Origin: Mustelus asterias
Lineage: Eukaryota
Length of the DNA stretch: 64,000 nucleotides
Assembly (NCBI RefSeq): GCF_964213995.1
Contig: NW_027590138.1
Location: 744,001-808,000, forward strand
Reading direction: 5' to 3'
The first letter of the stretch is position 1, and every line of letters begins with the position of its first letter. This document shows positions 59,558 through 64,000 of this stretch, piece after piece. The translations under genes and the position numbers were made by a program. The notes beneath the pieces are model-generated. The model searched no databases, was not told where the DNA came from, and worked only from the letters and a program-made list of their open reading frames with translations.

Positions 59558-61505
59558 TTTAATTATCTAAAAGTCGCGAGATTTGAGGAAGATTCCAGTA
59601 GATTGCAAAGTAGCAAATGTAACTCCTTTATTCAAAAAAGGAGGGAGGCAAAAAGGAAACTAAAGGCCACTTAATCTAAAATCTGATGTAGGGAAAATAT
59701 TAAAGCTTTATTAAAGATATCATGAGAATGAGAAAAATTCAGACATAAGGAGTCAGCACGGTTTGAGAAAGGGAAATCATATTCAACCTATTTATTGGAG
59801 TTCTTTGAAGGAGTCACATATACTTTAGATAAAGGGGGTCAGTTCGCTCAGTTGGCCGGGTGGCTGGTTTGTGATGCACAGCGACACCAATGGCACGGGT
59901 TCAATTCTCGTGCCAACCAAGGGGCATTCTAGGATGAGAGGTCATAGCCTTAGGATAAGGGGCAGCAAAGTTAAAACAGAGTTGAGGAGAAACTGCTTCT
60001 CCCAAAGGGTTGTGAATCTGTGGAATTCGCTGTCCCAAAGGGTGGTGGATGCTGGGACAGTGAGTAAATTTAAGGAGGAGTTAGACAGATTTTTAATTGG
60101 TAATGGGGTTGAAGGGTTATGGGGAGAAGGCAGGAAAATGGGGATGAGGAGCTTATCAGCCATGATCGAATGGCGGAACAGACTCGATTGGCCAAATGGT
60201 CTAATTCTGCTCCTATATCTAATGAATTTATGATCCTCAGGTTAAGTGACCACCAGTCAGCTCTCCCTCTCAAGGGGACATCTGGGAGATGGTGACTTTA
60301 TATATTGGATAATGGGGCAGCAAAGGTGAATGTACTGTACTTTGATTTGCAAAATGCATTTCATAATCTGCCACATCAAAGCTTAATGTGGAAAATAGAA
60401 TCTCACAGTGTGGGGGTAATATGGCATGGAAAGAAGATTGGCGAGCTAACGGGAAACAGAGTTGGCAACACATGGATCTTTATCTGGTTGGCAGGATGTG
60501 ACGAGTGGTGTGCCAAAGCGATCAGAACTGGAACCTCTACTTTTAACAATTTATATAAACGACTTGGATGCAAGCATGGTCGCTAAATTTGCTGAGGACA
60601 CAAAGGTAGAAAAGTAAGTTGTGAAGAGGATGTAAGGAGGCTACAAAGGGATGTAGATAAGTTCAGCTAGTGGGCAAAGATTTGGCAAATGGAGTATAAC
60701 GTGGGCAAATGTGGAATTATCAATTTTGGCAGGAATTCCTGCCAAATTTTAAAAAAAACGTTAAATGGTGAGAGATTGCAGAGCTCTGAGATTCAGAGGT
60801 GTCCTAATACATGAATCACAAAAGGCTGGAAAGCAGGTACAGCAAGTAATCAGGAAAGTTAATAGAATGTCATTGTTTATTGTGAGGAAAGTGGTTACAA
60901 AAGGAGTGAGTTTATGTTTCAGTCAGACAGGACACTGGTGAGACCACATCTGGAGTGTTGTTAAAGTATTGAACTCCTTATTTAAGGAAAATGTAAATGC
61001 ATTGGAAGCAGTTCAGAGAATGTCTACCAGACTAATACCAGAAATTGGCAGGTTGTCTTATGAGGAAAGATTGGAGAATCTGGGCTTGTAGCCACTGGAG
61101 TTTAGAAGAGTAAGAGGGGCCTTGATTGAAACCTTTTACGTTTCTGAGGGCTATTGACTGGGTTGATGTGGAAAGGACTTTTTTTTCTTGTGGGAGAATC
61201 TTGAACAAGGAGACACTGTTTAAAAATGTGTTTCAGACAGAGATAGGGAGAAGTGTTTTCTCTCAGAGGATCATGGATCTTTGGAACTCTCTTCCTCAAA
61301 AGGCAGAGGAAGAAGAATCTTGGAATATTTTGAAGAAGAGCAAGGTGGTCTCCTGATTAAAAAGGAGATGGAAGATTATTGGTGAGGGTAGTGGGCAGGA
61401 ATGTTGGGTTGAGGTTACAATCAGATCAGCCACGATCCTATTGAATGGCGGAACAGGCTTGAGGGGCCGAGTGGCCTCCTTCTGTTCTTAATTATTATGT
61501 TCGAA
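59558..61505 (+). mobile_element. Old CR1 with a nested tRNA-derived SINE (~59834-60298), itself split by a CR1 3' end (~59920-60232)
   Basis: Decayed RT motifs continue across the inserts. SINE A and B boxes near 59845 and 59897. Confidence 0.7.
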
Positions 61506-62559
61506 TGGGTCTGTTTCCATTGCTGTTAATAAACAACAGTCCATTTATAGGTGTTAATATTGTGGATAATAGTCAAATAAATTGACTTTGTGTTAAACAC
61601 ATGGCCTTTTTAATATCTTCAACACAGGTTCATCCAATGATTGGCCGTGGTAAAATTGACCTTAGTGTCAGTGGTAATAGCAGGGCCAGTAAATGGGGTT
61701 ACAGGAATAGGGCCTGGGTGGGATTGTGGTTGGTGCAGACTGGATGGGCTGAATGGCCTCCTTCTGCACTGTAGGGATTCTATGATTCTAGTCTTGTAAT
61801 AGAATATTGTAACTATGTTAATATACTTCCAGGCATTGTTATTCCGATAGAGAAGGAGACAATATCAACTTCTTATAGAGCAATCCAGTCAGACCCATTG
61901 CCCCTCCATCTACCCATTCTCCTGCAAGAATATTTCCTTCAAGTGCGCATCCAATTTCAGTTTGAAATCTTTAATTGTTTTCACTGCCACAAGATCCGTG
62001 GGCACCCAGTTCCAGATCATGATCACTCGCTGCACCCACCATATCTCCAACCAAGTAATGAGTGCTGCATATTACACACATTTGAACAGGAAGTGATGAG
62101 CATGGATTCATTAACCAACATGAATTGGCACCTTTAGGAGAATTGGGAGGGTGTATAGTGCGATACAGCAGGGTAAGAATAGTGGGGAAAAGTAAAGAAT
62201 TTTCTATAAAAACTGGAATTGTCTTTTCTGAATTTCTAAGTTGCACTGACAGTGATGAATTTTGGAAATTCGTGTTACAGGATATCAGAAGAGGATTTCC
62301 AGACAGAAATCTCAAAACAAACACTCATGGTGATCTGACAGATTAACTCCATTCATCGGGACCTGGACAACATCAGCCTTTGGAATCTACAAAGAGAAAT
62401 ATTTGTCTGTTCTTCTGCTTCAAGAGATTTCAACCATAAATGTGATTGGAAAAGCAAGAACACATCTTGAAAAGACAGCACCAGTCACATTGGGGTGAGA
62501 CCATTCGGGTGTTTTGTTGTGGATGAGGCTTCAGCTGACTGTCAAACTGGGAGAGACAC

Positions 62560-63477
62560 ATGGACACCAGCACCATGGAGAAGCCGTGGAAATGTGGAGA
62601 CTGTGGTAAAGGATTCAATTTCTCACACCAACTGGAAACTCATCGATGTAATCACACTGGGGAGAGGCCGTTCATTTGTTTGGAGTGTGGGAAGGGATTT
62701 GCTCATTCATCCTCCCTGCAGACACACAAACGAGTTCACACAGGGGAGTGGCCATTCACCTGCCCCGAGTGCGGGAAAGGATTCACAAGTTCATCCCACC
62801 TGGAGACACACAAGCGAGTTCACAGCGGGGAGAAGCCATTCACCTGCTCCGATTGTGGGAAGAGATTCAGTGAATCATCCAACTTGCTGATGCACCAGCG
62901 AGGTCACACCGGGGAGAAATGGTTCACGTGTTCAGAGTGTGGGAAGGGATTCACTCAGTTATCCCACCTGCAGACACACGAGCGAGTTCACACTGGGGAG
63001 AGGCCATTCATCTGCCCTGAGTGTGGGAAAGGATTCAGTAATTCATCCAACCTGCAGAGACACCAGCGAATTCACACCAGGGAGAGACTGTTCAGCTGCT
63101 CCGAGTGTGGGAAGGGATTCACTGATTCATCCTATCTGCTGATACATCAGCGAGTTCACACTGGGGAGAGGCCGTTCATCTGCTCTGAGTGTGGGAAGCA
63201 TTTTCCTTATGCATCAAATCTGCAGAGACACCGACGATTGCACACTGGGGAGAGACCATTCACCTGCTCCTATTGTGGGAAAACATTCACTCAGTCATCC
63301 CACCTGCAGATACATCAGCGGGTTCACACTGGAGAGAGACCATTCACCTGCTCTCAGTGTGGGAAAGGATTCAGTAATTCATCCAACCTGCGGACACACC
63401 AGCGAGTTCACACTGGGGAGAGACCAGACTCCTGTTCCACATGTGAGAAGGATACAATCGATCATCTAATTGGCTGA
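62560..63477 (+). CDS. C2H2 zinc-finger protein ZNF-D (10 fingers plus a degenerate last finger)
   Basis: 305-aa [15 protein letters not shown]... with TGERPF linkers. Acceptor gttacag/GATATC at 62280. Confidence 0.9.
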   Translation: MDTSTMEKPWKCGDCGKGFNFSHQLETHRCNHTGERPFICLECGKGFAHSSSLQTHKRVHTGEWPFTCPECGKGFTSSSHLETHKRVHSGEKPFTCSDCGKRFSESSNLLMHQRGHTGEKWFTCSECGKGFTQLSHLQTHERVHTGERPFICPECGKGFSNSSNLQRHQRIHTRERLFSCSECGKGFTDSSYLLIHQRVHTGERPFICSECGKHFPYASNLQRHRRLHTGERPFTCSYCGKTFTQSSHLQIHQRVHTGERPFTCSQCGKGFSNSSNLRTHQRVHTGERPDSCSTCEKDTIDHLIG

Positions 63478-63711
63478 CACACCGGCGAGTTCAGCAGTGA
63501 TTATTGGGATTGGATTCTGCTGCTGTTGCTGCTGTTAATGACATCCAAGCCTGAACTCTGTTCATTCTGATAGTTTGGGTTTGTTTCTGTTGATGTTTAC
63601 AATCTCTGTAACTGGACTGGATGTTTAATATTCTGGAACTTGGCTTGTTTTACCTTGTGACCCTTACTCTTCTAATAAAGTATCTTTCTTTGGTCTATAG
63701 CAAATAGTGAT

Positions 63712-64000
63712 TTACTTGTAATTTTTTTCAACTGAGTCAGAGCAGAGGAATAACCTCTCCCCAGTGTGAATCTGCTGGTGCACTGTGAGGTGAGATAATC
63801 GCCTGAACTCAGTCCTAAAGTGAGAGCACCTGAACGGTCTCTCGTCAGTGTGGACAAGTTGATAGGATATCACTTCCCTGGAACTTTTACAGCTCTTCTC
63901 GTAATCTGGGCAATTAACAAAATCACTCAAGTGTGAACACGTTTGTGTGTCATATGGTGGGATGACTGAATGAATCCCTTTCCATCTCTGCAGCGTTTGA
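63712..64000 (-). pseudogene. Degenerate C2H2 ZNF 3' portion running off the window
   Basis: [13 protein letters not shown]...HQQIHTGER with lost Cys/His residues and frameshifts. Confidence 0.7.

Noticed and set aside
25000-64000. J, D or C segments of the receptor locus
   Set aside because: I saw no FGxG J motif with a 5' RSS and no C-domain exon, so the alpha versus delta assignment remains inferential.

Overview
Eukaryotic, repeat-rich genomic DNA from a cartilaginous fish, most likely a shark (inferred from HE1-type SINEs, HER1/CR1 LINEs and shark-type Penelope repeats). The left ~25 kb is part of a T-cell receptor alpha/delta-type V-segment array. It holds five V segments in strictly alternating orientation (-,+,-,+,-), each followed by a heptamer/nonamer recombination signal (RSS). 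One is a frameshifted pseudogene, and one has an intronless leader-V with an intact 23-RSS. Interleaved with them are an intact two-exon GPR139/142-like GPCR and five decayed or partial tRNA genes. The right ~29 kb is a cluster of KRAB-less C2H2 zinc-finger genes (three intact, one frameshifted, two remnants) with mirror-image bidirectional CpG-rich promoters and an inverted segmental duplication. The most interesting sequence-level signals are: CTCF-like motifs directly 3' of V RSSs; the intronless but unrearranged V gene; an in-frame U_UUA_AAC -1 slippery site joining CR1 ORF1 to an ATG-less ORF2; minimal hammerhead ribozyme motifs in Penelope-like repeats; and V genes, a GPCR, tRNAs and ZNFs sharing one neighbourhood. 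All calls are by eye, without database searches, and repeat boundaries are approximate.
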